Assembly (NCBI GenBank): GCA_040954595.2
Contig: CM082586.2
Span: 2,299,124-2,363,123, forward strand
Source of the DNA: Balanoglossus misakiensis
Lineage: Eukaryota; Animalia; Hemichordata
Length of the DNA stretch: 64,000 nucleotides
Direction of reading: 5' to 3'
Shown: in pieces, positions 54,052 through 64,000 of the stretch
Numbering within the stretch: the first letter of the stretch is position 1
How the letters are laid out: each line of letters begins with the position of its first letter
The notes under the pieces: generated by a model
What the model saw: the letters and a program-made list of their open reading frames with translations, nothing else
What the model was told of the DNA's origin: nothing
The model's database searches: none
Made by a program: the position numbers and the translations under genes

Positions 54052-54408
54052 ATTGTTGTCCTATATTTGCTAAATTCGTGAATTTCCAATGTGTGACATA
54101 GGGGGCGCTGCAACTCTAGGACCAATTCGTCTGAGGCGCATAGTTGTCTCCGTCTCTCATGTGGTTATGGGCTCGCAGAAGCCGTAAAACATAAGCGCAT
54201 TTTGGAGTTGTTTAGTTGTAAATGTGCAAACAGTCAGTGTACTGTATGTGCTATTAACCGAGCCCGAATCGGATGAATGTAAATTTTATTCTGTTGGTTA
54301 CAAAATACATTGCCTGGGAGTGGTAATAATAATAATATTGCAAGTTATCACGCTGTAATGGGCCAGGAAATTATAAAGACATAATGATTTTTTGTTAGTT
54401 CTTCAGGA

Positions 54409-54705
54409 TCACGTGCTTTCCAGGCTGGATTTCCTTCGGAACAAACTAAGAACTCCGATTGCTACCGTCAGAATTACGGCGAAGGAACCGATGAGCGACG
54501 TGACGGCCATTTCCAGTAAAAACATGATAGTGTAGTACGTCGTCGACTGGTGCGGTTCGAACTTTTTCCATGCGGTGTGAGCGACGTCGACGAGTGGTTG
54601 TGAGGCGGTCGGAAGCGCATCGATACATCTCACGAGGAATAAGTTCGTCACTTGGATGGCGACGGCTGCGTAGACCAACACAGCAGTTGCGATTTTCGGT
54701 AGCAT
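54409..54705 (-). CDS. Small single-exon type I membrane protein (98 aa)
   Basis: aacATG start, signal-peptide-like N-terminus ending IDA-LP, long hydrophobic helix, then RRK stop-transfer. GC-rich, coding-like composition. Confidence 0.5.
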   Translation of the reverse strand: MLPKIATAVLVYAAVAIQVTNLFLVRCIDALPTASQPLVDVAHTAWKKFEPHQSTTYYTIMFLLEMAVTSLIGSFAVILTVAIGVLSLFRRKSSLEST

Positions 54706-56212
54706 GTTTCCGTCGATGACTTGCTAGTTAATTCCAATCGCTTGGTTCCAGGCGAGGACAGCGTACCACGACCGTGTCCTCAGTGCTTACTACCTTCCAA
54801 ACTAGCCGCAGCTCAGCTGTAATGTCTCTGTGTGTATGACATAGGGTTACTCAGTTTTACTAGTATTTACAACAATCCTAACCTGACGCTTAATCGACGA
54901 ATCGTGTAATGCCTACAATATAAAAAAACTTCTGACAAATGATCCGCCAGGTATATGGATTCATCAACTAGAGGTGAGGGCTCCCAGCCTCTCGAAAATT
55001 CATTTTTTCGAGATGGACGGCTGTTTGTGTCCCTGTCCCTAACTATGATGAGAAAAATGTACTGACAAAGTGCCAATAGCTGCGGTCAAAGTTCATTCGT
55101 TGGAGTACGATCGATCAGACGATACATCCAAATCAGTGCAAAGATCGCGAACCGTTTAGGAGGTTTGCGTGTTGGAGGGGGAGGGGGATTCTCGGATATC
55201 CCCTCAAGAGGTTCGTCATTCCCCATTTACAAAATAGGTTGACTTCTTGTTCCCCAGAGTCAATGTCAATGCCATGAACGCGTGTCGCGGATGACCTCGG
55301 GTTAATGCGACAGCAAGTTGGAAGTTTAAAGTCCGAAAACAGGCTGAGATCGTGTTTTCACCTGGACAGAATGCTACTACAGCCACAGAATGAATGATTT
55401 TAACACTTCACAATTAAACTGCTCATCATATTACAAAACCTACCCCAAAACCAGACAGGTGAATACAGGCACGACACCAAGCGAAGGAGAACCCCTAACG
55501 CTTGCCAAAATAAGGTCTTCTCGACCCTTTTCACGCAACAATAGGCGGATAGTTGGCCTTTGACCAAGCGATATGTTTAATGATAAGAAATAATGCAGCA
55601 AACAGCACTGAATGTCCTTCACCCTACTTCTCCCAAAATCTACAGCAGCCCCCTGTCTTTCTGTACGTACGGGACTTGAATAGACGTAGATTGATGGCGC
55701 TGTTCGCGGAACCTCTCAACTTTTGACCCGACAGACAAACCTTGGACACAATCCACATGCCCTACATAGATAGTATATATAATAGTAGGCAGTGCGTGGA
55801 GGGTTATTTTGACGCATGCATATCATGAACGTTAATGTCCTTCGATGAACGGGGGTGTGTGAGTAGCCGCAATTGTGTTTGTAGCATTAAACGACTGTAT
55901 TGTCAGAACAAGGGTTTATAGTCTGTGCTGCCGTGGTGACGTAAGCTAGGTTTAAACCCCTAGGCTAGTGCCACGTTTTGCACCGTCATCTGAAATACTA
56001 AAACATATACTACACTATGTCCGCCAAGGCCAAACATTACGTATGATGTCGACCCCGATCTCCGATATTTGCATAACAACTGTCTGCGTAACCAATAAAC
56101 TACTAGTGCCAAAGGTGGTCATTACAGTGTATTCGCTCCGCCGTTTCATAGTCTCGTCTATGGTCACTGCTAACGCTCCCTGAAGCTAAGACTGACCCCA
56201 GTGCAATTGAAC

Positions 56213-56959
56213 ATGGCAGCGATCGCCACACTTTTAAACAGGGCAGTCATATGCAGACTGTCTAAGCGGTGGCTGACAGTACTGTTGACGCGGCAGAAGA
56301 GCTGTAACGTCCGAAACGTGTGCCGACCAGCCGCTGTCGTCCCACCTCGACAGTTCCCCACGTATGTCTACAGCCAGCGCAAATGGAGTTCTTCGGCAAC
56401 AAAGAGTGACGACGAAGTCGTGTCTTTCGTGCAGCAAGCTGAAAAGGTCGACCAGCAGCGGGAGCTTCGGGTGAAGTGGGGTGACGGCTTTGAAAATGCG
56501 TACCCGTACGTCTGGCTTCGCGACAACTGTTTCTGTCCATCATGCTACCAGGCCGACGCCCGGTCACGCTTGCTGACCATGGAAGACCTCGATGTGGATA
56601 TCCTGGCGTCTGATACGGCACTGTCCGAAGACGGCCAGAGCTTGACCGTCTACTGGCCGGACGGTCACCAGAGCACTTTCACCTCGGTGTTTTTGAGAGG
56701 CACTGTGTTCGAAGAGAGAAGACCCAAGAAGAACGTCCAACTTTGGGGATCAGAACTGTTGAGGGACTTGCCAACTTTCTCGTTCCAAAAAATGCTGACA
56801 GATGACCGGGTATTGCTGCAGTGTCTGGAAACGCTCAGAGATGTCGGTCTTATACTGATGAAAAATGTACCTCTGGAGACGGGCCAGGTGAAAAGGATGG
56901 CCGAGAGGATTTCTTTCCTACGTGTGACCTCTTATGGGTATGTACATTTGTGAATATTA

Positions 56960-57045
<86 letters not shown>

Positions 57046-59396
57046 TTCTCTCTCTCTCTCGCTTCCTCACTCACTCATTCACTCTCCCTCTCAGATGACA
57101 GTGAACGTGCAAAGCTATAAAATACATCACACCCTCTGTAATTTTTCCTAACCAAAACTCAACACGACTAATGCCAAGAATATTCTCGAGCAAAATGATC
57201 ATAGATCAATACTGTCCTTGGTTGTGAAGGTATGACGTGAATTATTGCACTTCTAATGAATATTAATGAAAAAGGGTATCATACATCAAAACACCCATAT
57301 CAGATATAACTCGATGGAAGGACAATAGTGTACATTGTATAGTGTAATCGCAGAGAACATGTCCAGCGAGACAAGACTGGAGCAGACCGGCCTTCACCTT
57401 AAAGACACAACATGCTGATAATATATAAGATATGACCACGTAGTGTGAAGGGGTTATTAGCACACGTTAACCCCTTAACCGATCACATGCTCTCACGTGG
57501 TGAAAGCACCTTCACCTTGCAATATACACCCATAACACCCCTCACCTGGTCACGTGCGGTATAACACCCCTCCACCTAACACCATAACAAACACATGCCA
57601 ATCTCTTCAGAAGACACGGCATATTTTCGCATTTTGAACAACATTGGTACAAGCACGCACGGGAGATGTTACTATCATTTTTGTTACTGACGTCACACTA
57701 ACACGTATTTCAGGCGAGCATCAAAAGTCTCTATGCATTCCCATATACATGTATATAGGGTGGCGAGGTCAAACTTCGACAACAAGGACCACATATCCAA
57801 GAAAATATGTAAAACATGCAGTGAAGTGTGTATAACACTGTGCCTGTAAACCTCGGAGGAGTACACCCCGAGCGTGCGGGTTCCCTCTAATTAACCTTTT
57901 TTTCTTAGGTAGGCCTAAGGTAAGTATGCAAAGTGTCGATTAAGACATTATGCATGCACGGGAGACAATCATGACGTATAGTCAATTTCAGGGACAGACT
58001 CATTTCTTCCATGGTACGTTGATGTACATGTATCCTGATTATCATAATTTGACACTCAGGTAAGTGCCAGCATTTCATGTGTCTCCATCACATGTAATCA
58101 AGTCACGCATACTGCACACATTCCAACCCAGATCCACTGTTTATTCTGACTCTACCAAACTCAGGTTTCAGAGGAGGTGGTGGAAACCTACATTCATATT
58201 GTTATTCATTTCAGGGCTGAATTTACTGTAAAAAGCAAAATTGAGCCGTCAAACCTTGCCTACACTGGAGCTAAGTTAGCACTGCATCAGGATTTGCCTT
58301 TCTACGAACACATGCCATCGGTAAGGTCAAATTCCCACTAAAATTGGTCAAGAGTTATGGATTGCTACTTATAGACAGCCCTGTTAATAACAAAGTTACA
58401 GAAACATTGTTTACTTTACCGAACGACAGGCTTTTGTGAGATATTCAAAATGGCTGCCACACGCCGGTATTCGATACCACAGCGCAGCCAACGGTGTAAT
58501 TGGGACAGGGTCACGTGCCTTTTCGACACGATCATACCGCTCAGTTATGAGAAAACAAACACACGGGCAAGTGATTCAAGTATTTAAATTCTCACGCCCC
58601 TCTTTCTCTTTCCTGAACTCAGATTCAGTTTCTTCACTGTATTTATCAGTGTGAGGGCGAAGGGGGCGACAGTGTGTTCAGTGACGGCTTCAAGTGCGCC
58701 CTCCAGCTCAAACGAGAAGATCCAGAAGCCTTCGACATTCTATCCAACACCTACATCAACTACATGGACATCGGAAATGACTACGTCCCGTTTCATACAA
58801 AAAGCGCACAAAAAGTTTTCCAGTAAGTTATAGAAAACAACTCTGAAAATTAGGTTAACTTTATTACTGTAGGCCTACCAGTAAAATAAATTGGTTTCTG
58901 CCCTGTTTAGATTCGACCAATTCGGTGAACTGTATATGGTCCGATACAACAATGCCATGCGAGACATCACTCTGCCAGTACCAAGAGAAAAAGTGTACAA
59001 GTATTACAGAGCCTTAAAGGCCTACAACAACATCCTTAACAGTCCAGAGAACAGCATCGCCTTTAATATGCAGAATGGTGAGTGATCGTATAAACATTGA
59101 GCTGTCGGACATTCGCCAGTTTCCGCGCGGTCACTCCATCATGGGGAAGGCCCTCGCTTTCATGCATAGTGACATACATGATTTCTTCATCAAAACATCA
59201 TTTTTCTCTTTCGTTTTCTCTTTAAGGAGACATGGCGGTCTTCAACAACATCAGAGTGTTACACGGCAGAACTGCTTTCATCAACAACGCTACATCCGGA
59301 GAGCGCCACCTAGAGGGAGGTTACATCGACTGGGATGACGCGCACTCCAGAATTCGAGTGCTCAGAGCAAACTTTGGATTGCCGATCCAAGATTGA
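56213..59396 (+). CDS. BBOX1: Gamma-butyrobetaine dioxygenase-like, isoform A (exon 1 + cassette A), 455 aa
   Basis: Exons 56213-56937, 58215-58320, 58623-58822, 58911-59077 and 59227-59396. Zn-domain WLRDNCFCPSC...WPDGHQS; LHQD; NIRVLHGR; RHLEGGYIDWD. AATAAA ~59730. Confidence 0.88.
56964..57060 (+). repeat. (CT)n microsatellite
   Basis: Long TC dinucleotide run just after the BBOX exon 1 donor. Confidence 0.95.
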
Positions 59397-59881
59397 ACAG
59401 GCGTCGTACAAATCCAAGAGAAATGCAAACATAGAATTCATGAACTTGATCAACTTATGAGAACTTTGACAGTTCAGCTCAAAGGGGGGTGCTGGGGGTA
59501 ACGTACGCTATTTGTGCGTGACGCCATTTGCATACGACAACTGAAAAGTTATTAACACAGACGATAACAATTTTGTGAGTTTGATGCCTAGCCATTAAAA
59601 ATTTACCAAGCTCTCTAACTTTAACCTAGTCAAGCGAAATGACACCAGGTATGTCAAGCTCTTGGGTATATTAGGAGCAGGGATACATTCCAGTACTGTA
59701 TATTGTGCATAAACTAGTATTTTTGATTTAATAAATATATTGTAAACATCTACTTCAAAGTCTGTCGTATCTTTTCCATTTTACACGCACAATCTTGGCA
59801 TGAACACATATTGGATTGATACGTACACGGTATGTTGAAAACTATGGTTAACCTATACATTTATCTGTTATTTTATTTCAG

Positions 59882-60919
59882 GCCCTCGTTTAGAGTGAGC
59901 AATAAAGTGAACCCCTCAAACCCTGCGTTCACCAGTCAGAAATTATCACTGCACACGGATTTGGCGCAGTACAATAGGTCACCATCGGTTCAGTTACTTC
60001 ACTGCATTCAACAATTTCTGGGAGAAGGTGGGTACAGTACATTTAGCGATGGTTTGAAGGCAGCTCTTCGCCTGAAAGAAGAAGATCCCGAGGCTTTTCA
60101 CATCCTGACGACAACCTTCGTCGACTACACCGACATCGGAAGTGACTTTCTGCAGTATCACACAGAGGGCGCTCATACTACCATCACGTGAGTAGGCCGT
60201 TTACTTTAATTCGTTTCCCACATGGAGCTACGGTTTCCTGTGAACGACAATGGTAGCGTTGAGCGAAATATTCCCATAAGTTTTCGGCGAACCTGGCTTC
60301 GTTGACTGTGGTATGAGCTATTGTCAACATGGCTCTCATTGGTCAATAAGTACGAGCACGCTGATTGGACGAAACCGTTTTCAATTTCTTCGTTACTTTC
60401 CCTTCGTAGACTTGGAACGTTTGGCGAGATCTCGGAGATACACTACAACAATATGAACAGAAGTATCCGCGTGAGGCTTCCCATAGACCAAGTGCATCGA
60501 TACTACAGTGCCTTAAAGGCCTTTGACAACATTGTACGTCGACCCGAGAACATGATCGAGTTCAAAATGTTTAACGGTAGGTAGAGAATGGTGTTGGCAA
60601 CAGTCTCCAGAACATCTGGCTTCTTGATAAAGTTGCAAAAGTTCAAATTACATATTTTATCGTCCTAATCTAACTTTTTCCACTGGTAACGTGTCTTGAT
60701 TCTGTTTACTTCTTTATTATTTTGGCTCCAGGTGACATGACGGTGTTCGACAACACGCGTCTCGTCCACGGCAGAACGGCCTACACCGATACGGAGACAG
60801 GACATCCAGAGCGCCACCTGGAGGGCGGTTACACAGAGTGGGATGACGTACACTCGAGAATTCGCGTGCTCCGAGCGAAATTTGGATTGCCCGCCAACGA
60901 CAGCGCAAACCGTGCATAA
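59882..60919 (+). CDS. BBOX1: Second complete BBOX catalytic-domain exon cassette (B) with no N-terminal exon of its own; in frame with exon 1 at 56213-56937 (461 aa)
   Basis: Exons 59882-60187, 60410-60576 and 60732-60919 with intact splice sites. LHTD, DNTRLVHGR, RHLEGGYTEWD. AATAAA ~61142 and ~61195. Confidence 0.8.
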
Positions 60920-61631
60920 ATTGCTTGTTTGTTGAATATTCCAAAGCATTTGAAAGTGTGTCACTCTACACAGCCAGGTCGAGTAGACAGACGTCGACAC
61001 GCATGCGTGATTTCTAAGGAATGAAACCATGGGATAAATTACAATTGCTTGCAGCCAGGTCGCTAAACGCATGACCAGACTTTGAGTTAAATTTGAAAAC
61101 AGGACCATACATCATCATCACCCGGTCGTTTTACGTATCAAAATAAAGTCAACGAATGTTGTAGGTTACTCAGCTTTGAAAAGCGCAACCAAGAAAATAA
61201 AGTGAAAATATTTACAACAGTAAGTCTGTGCTCAATAGTCTATATAACTCCATTTCCACCCCGTCACTCCATATCTTGCTATTTGCATGTACACGTCATC
61301 GGTTTATGAGCTACTCGGGGTTCTAGCACTTTTCCTTCGATGTGTATCTGCGCATGCTCAAATCTGAACTGTTTACGAGTTTAGACGTCATCATCTAAAA
61401 ATAGAGAGTTAAATTGAAGATTTTCGATACAAAGAAGGAAACCATCCTTGAGTTATGTCTTATCAGCGTGACCCCGAGTGACCCCACACAACGCGTCACC
61501 TTCTGCGGAACAGCAACACTGGTATCTTCTGCTTTAAAATACAACACTTGAGATTTCTCGAGTACACAGAACTGTATAAATTTCGCCAACGCGCGAGTGA
61601 CGTCTCAGTTTGCAGCAGAACGACCAGCAAC

Positions 61632-64000
61632 ATGTCTGACCCGAACGTCGCTTCAGAGCTGGGACGTCCGAACAACCAACAACACAAGTAAGTGATGTGC
61701 CCTTGCTTCGGCAACTTATCAGGAAATATCGAGCAAAATATATGGATTATATTTCTACAACTTGACAGTGTTAGGCATCTGTACTTTAAAACAATCACTT
61801 TGACTTGTGCCAGGCAAGTTGGCAGTTTACGAGGATAAATTTCACGGTATCGCGAATAGTTACTCATATTCACATGGGTGTCTCTCTCCACAAACACAGA
61901 AGTGTCAAAACACAGGCAAGTGGATTCACAACATGCTGTATGTACGCGTGCGAGCGCGTGCACAATACCGTCCATTTCACCACGAATTAAGTCAACTTGA
62001 CGCGAAGCGAGTTTCCTTGAACGTAAAATACAAACCATTGTTTCAGATGTGGCCATATTTGCTTTGTCACCTGTTAACGCGTGTGTTTTGTTTTTACGGC
62101 CTTAACGACTCAACGCTGGTAACCCCAACCCGCTTTTCGTATATATAGTTATATGGCTTCTGCAATAAATATTGTTTGGATTTTATGACCTCCGCACTCT
62201 TGAAACCAAGGTCGATGCTTTAGTTGTGGTTTCAATGAAGCCTAGCAACACAACATTCGACGAGTGTATGATTACAGAAAGTGACAATTCGGATAAAAAT
62301 ATTTTTTTTCGCCATTGAGACTGACCTCGAAAGATTGCTTTGTTTACTGTTTTCAAATGTCACGTGTAGCCTGCATTAAAATCCTAAAAGTTGCATGGTT
62401 AGTATAGTAAATGCGTGAAACGTCGACCACTGATAGTGCGGAGGCAAATTCCATTTTCTCTGACTAAAATGTCCGATCGGTTTTGATTAATTTGGCTTCT
62501 GTTTATCAGCGACTCGGAGATGGAGTCGGCGGACAAGCGAGAGAGAGATGAACTGTCCATCTTCTGGAAGTTTGTGACCTTGCTCTGCTGTTATCTCTCT
62601 CTGTCGCTTTGCCTGGGTTTGAACTACGGTCTTTGGCCACTCGTCGACGGTCTGCGAGAATTCTACCAGGAATACTACTATGATTCGGATGGTGTCGACC
62701 CGAAGTGGATCGTCTATATAAATATTACAATGACTGGCATTACCGGTAAGCCATGTATTGTATAAAGTATATACGTGTACGGGTGTATACGGACAAATAC
62801 GGTGACAATGCATCTATTTCAATTTTTTGAATGGGATTTCTGATATTTTGGCCAAAACACATTTCACGAAGTTCATTGGTACCATTTTAGCTGTAATATT
62901 GGCACTCATAAAATCACCACAACAAAACAAACATTGTAGTCATGGTAGCAAAACAAACACTGTGGTCATGGAAGCAAAACAAACATTATGGAAGTGTTTT
63001 CCCACGTCTCCATCATGATTTCTTTTTCAGCCTATGTGGCCGTCACGCTGGTGTACAACTTTGAAAATGGTGTCAGGATATCGGCAGTTTGTGGTGCGTG
63101 CTTGTCGACCCTGGGTTTGCTGATCTCCGGCTTCGTGAGGGGCGTAGGAACACTATGCGCCACCTACGGCTTCATTACAGGTAAGGCAACGTGATGCTGC
63201 GTGAGTTGGATTGGATTTCTGGTCCGTACCTGTCGTTTGGGACAAAATCTGATGCGAGCACTAAGGCCAAAAATTCGGGAGTATTCTCTTGGCCAGCAAC
63301 CGTACAGCGATCGAAGATGGATCGCTAATAATCTGTTCTTTTCTTGATTTGGCATTTAGGTCTCGGGTATGGATTGCTGTTAACACCCACCATAGGGCTG
63401 ATACCCATCTATTTCCCCACACGCTACACTTATTACAATGCAGTGGCCTTCTCGGGAACGAGCCTGTGCATTTTCTACGTGCCGGCGTTGTTTGATTACG
63501 TCACCGAGGTGTACGGGCTACATTCCATGTTCGTGATTCTCGGTTGCTTGAACGCTCAGTTGGTCTTCGTCGCCTTCCTCTTTCCTCCAATGAAGCATTT
63601 CTTAATGGCGTCTTCGCACGAGCGCCGCCAACGAATCACCAGAGCGTTCGCGCTACTGAAGGCCTCCCTGGCAGAGTCTGACCGTCCACTGTTCAGTACC
63701 GTCATAGCGTCCATGTTCCTGATCGGTGTCGGCTACAACATTCTGTTGTTGCATCTCCGCCAGTTCGCCGTGTACAACGGGACCAGTGCCGCGGATGCAG
63801 CGACTGTCATGACCGTGTGCGGGGTTTTCATGATCGTTGGTCAGCTTCTCCACGGATATCTGACGTTCACCAAGAGAGTCGAACGAGATGAACTGTCTTA
63901 CAGGCGTTTCTGTTATTCGATGGCTCTGATAGTGGTTGGTCTGGCTGCCTTGTTCAGCTCCGTGGCGGAATCCTTTGCAGGACACGCGGCCTTGGCTGCC
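61632..64000 (+). CDS. Monocarboxylate transporter (SLC16/MCT, MFS) family, 5' part
   Basis: Exons 61632-61687, 62510-62745, 63031-63180 and 63360 to window end. LCATYGFITGLGYGLLLTPTIGLIPIYFPTRYTYYNAVAFSG...YGLHSMFVILGCLNAQ matches the SLC16 TM4-TM6 pattern. Confidence 0.8.

Noticed and set aside
56821-57120. ORFs with (LS)n and (ER)n runs
   Set aside because: Translation of the (CT)n microsatellite.
1-64000. Whole-window biosynthetic gene cluster (GGT + monooxygenase + dioxygenase + transporter)
   Set aside because: The enzymes are separated by unrelated housekeeping genes (UBTF, SNX17) and a GPCR, and no shared pathway is evident. Only the BBOX-SLC16 adjacency was kept as a weak lead.

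Overview
Gene-dense, intron-rich eukaryotic (animal) genomic DNA. The gene set and the mosaic CpG pattern suggest an invertebrate deuterostome such as an acorn worm or amphioxus (inference only). Spliced gene models were built by hand with GT-AG boundaries and exon phases. In order: 5' part of GGT7 (-), head-to-head with a 6-HMG-box UBTF/UBF gene (+) that hosts two copies of a SNORA23-like H/ACA snoRNA; a 12-exon, bacterial MhpA-like FAD phenolic monooxygenase with a C-terminal membrane anchor (+); SNX17 (-) with a candidate duplicated alternative exon; a divergent pair of intronless TM/coiled-coil/RING E3 ligases with near-identical 3' ends; a neuropeptide-type GPCR (+); an unknown 3-exon 475-aa gene with a TIR/SEFIR-like N-terminal pattern (-) and a small signal-peptide/TM ORF (-); a BBOX1-like dioxygenase (+); and the 5' part of an SLC16/MCT transporter (+). 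The most striking structure is the BBOX locus: a single N-terminal exon is followed by two complete, diverged, phase-compatible catalytic-domain exon cassettes in tandem. This suggests one gene making two enzymes by switching the whole catalytic half.
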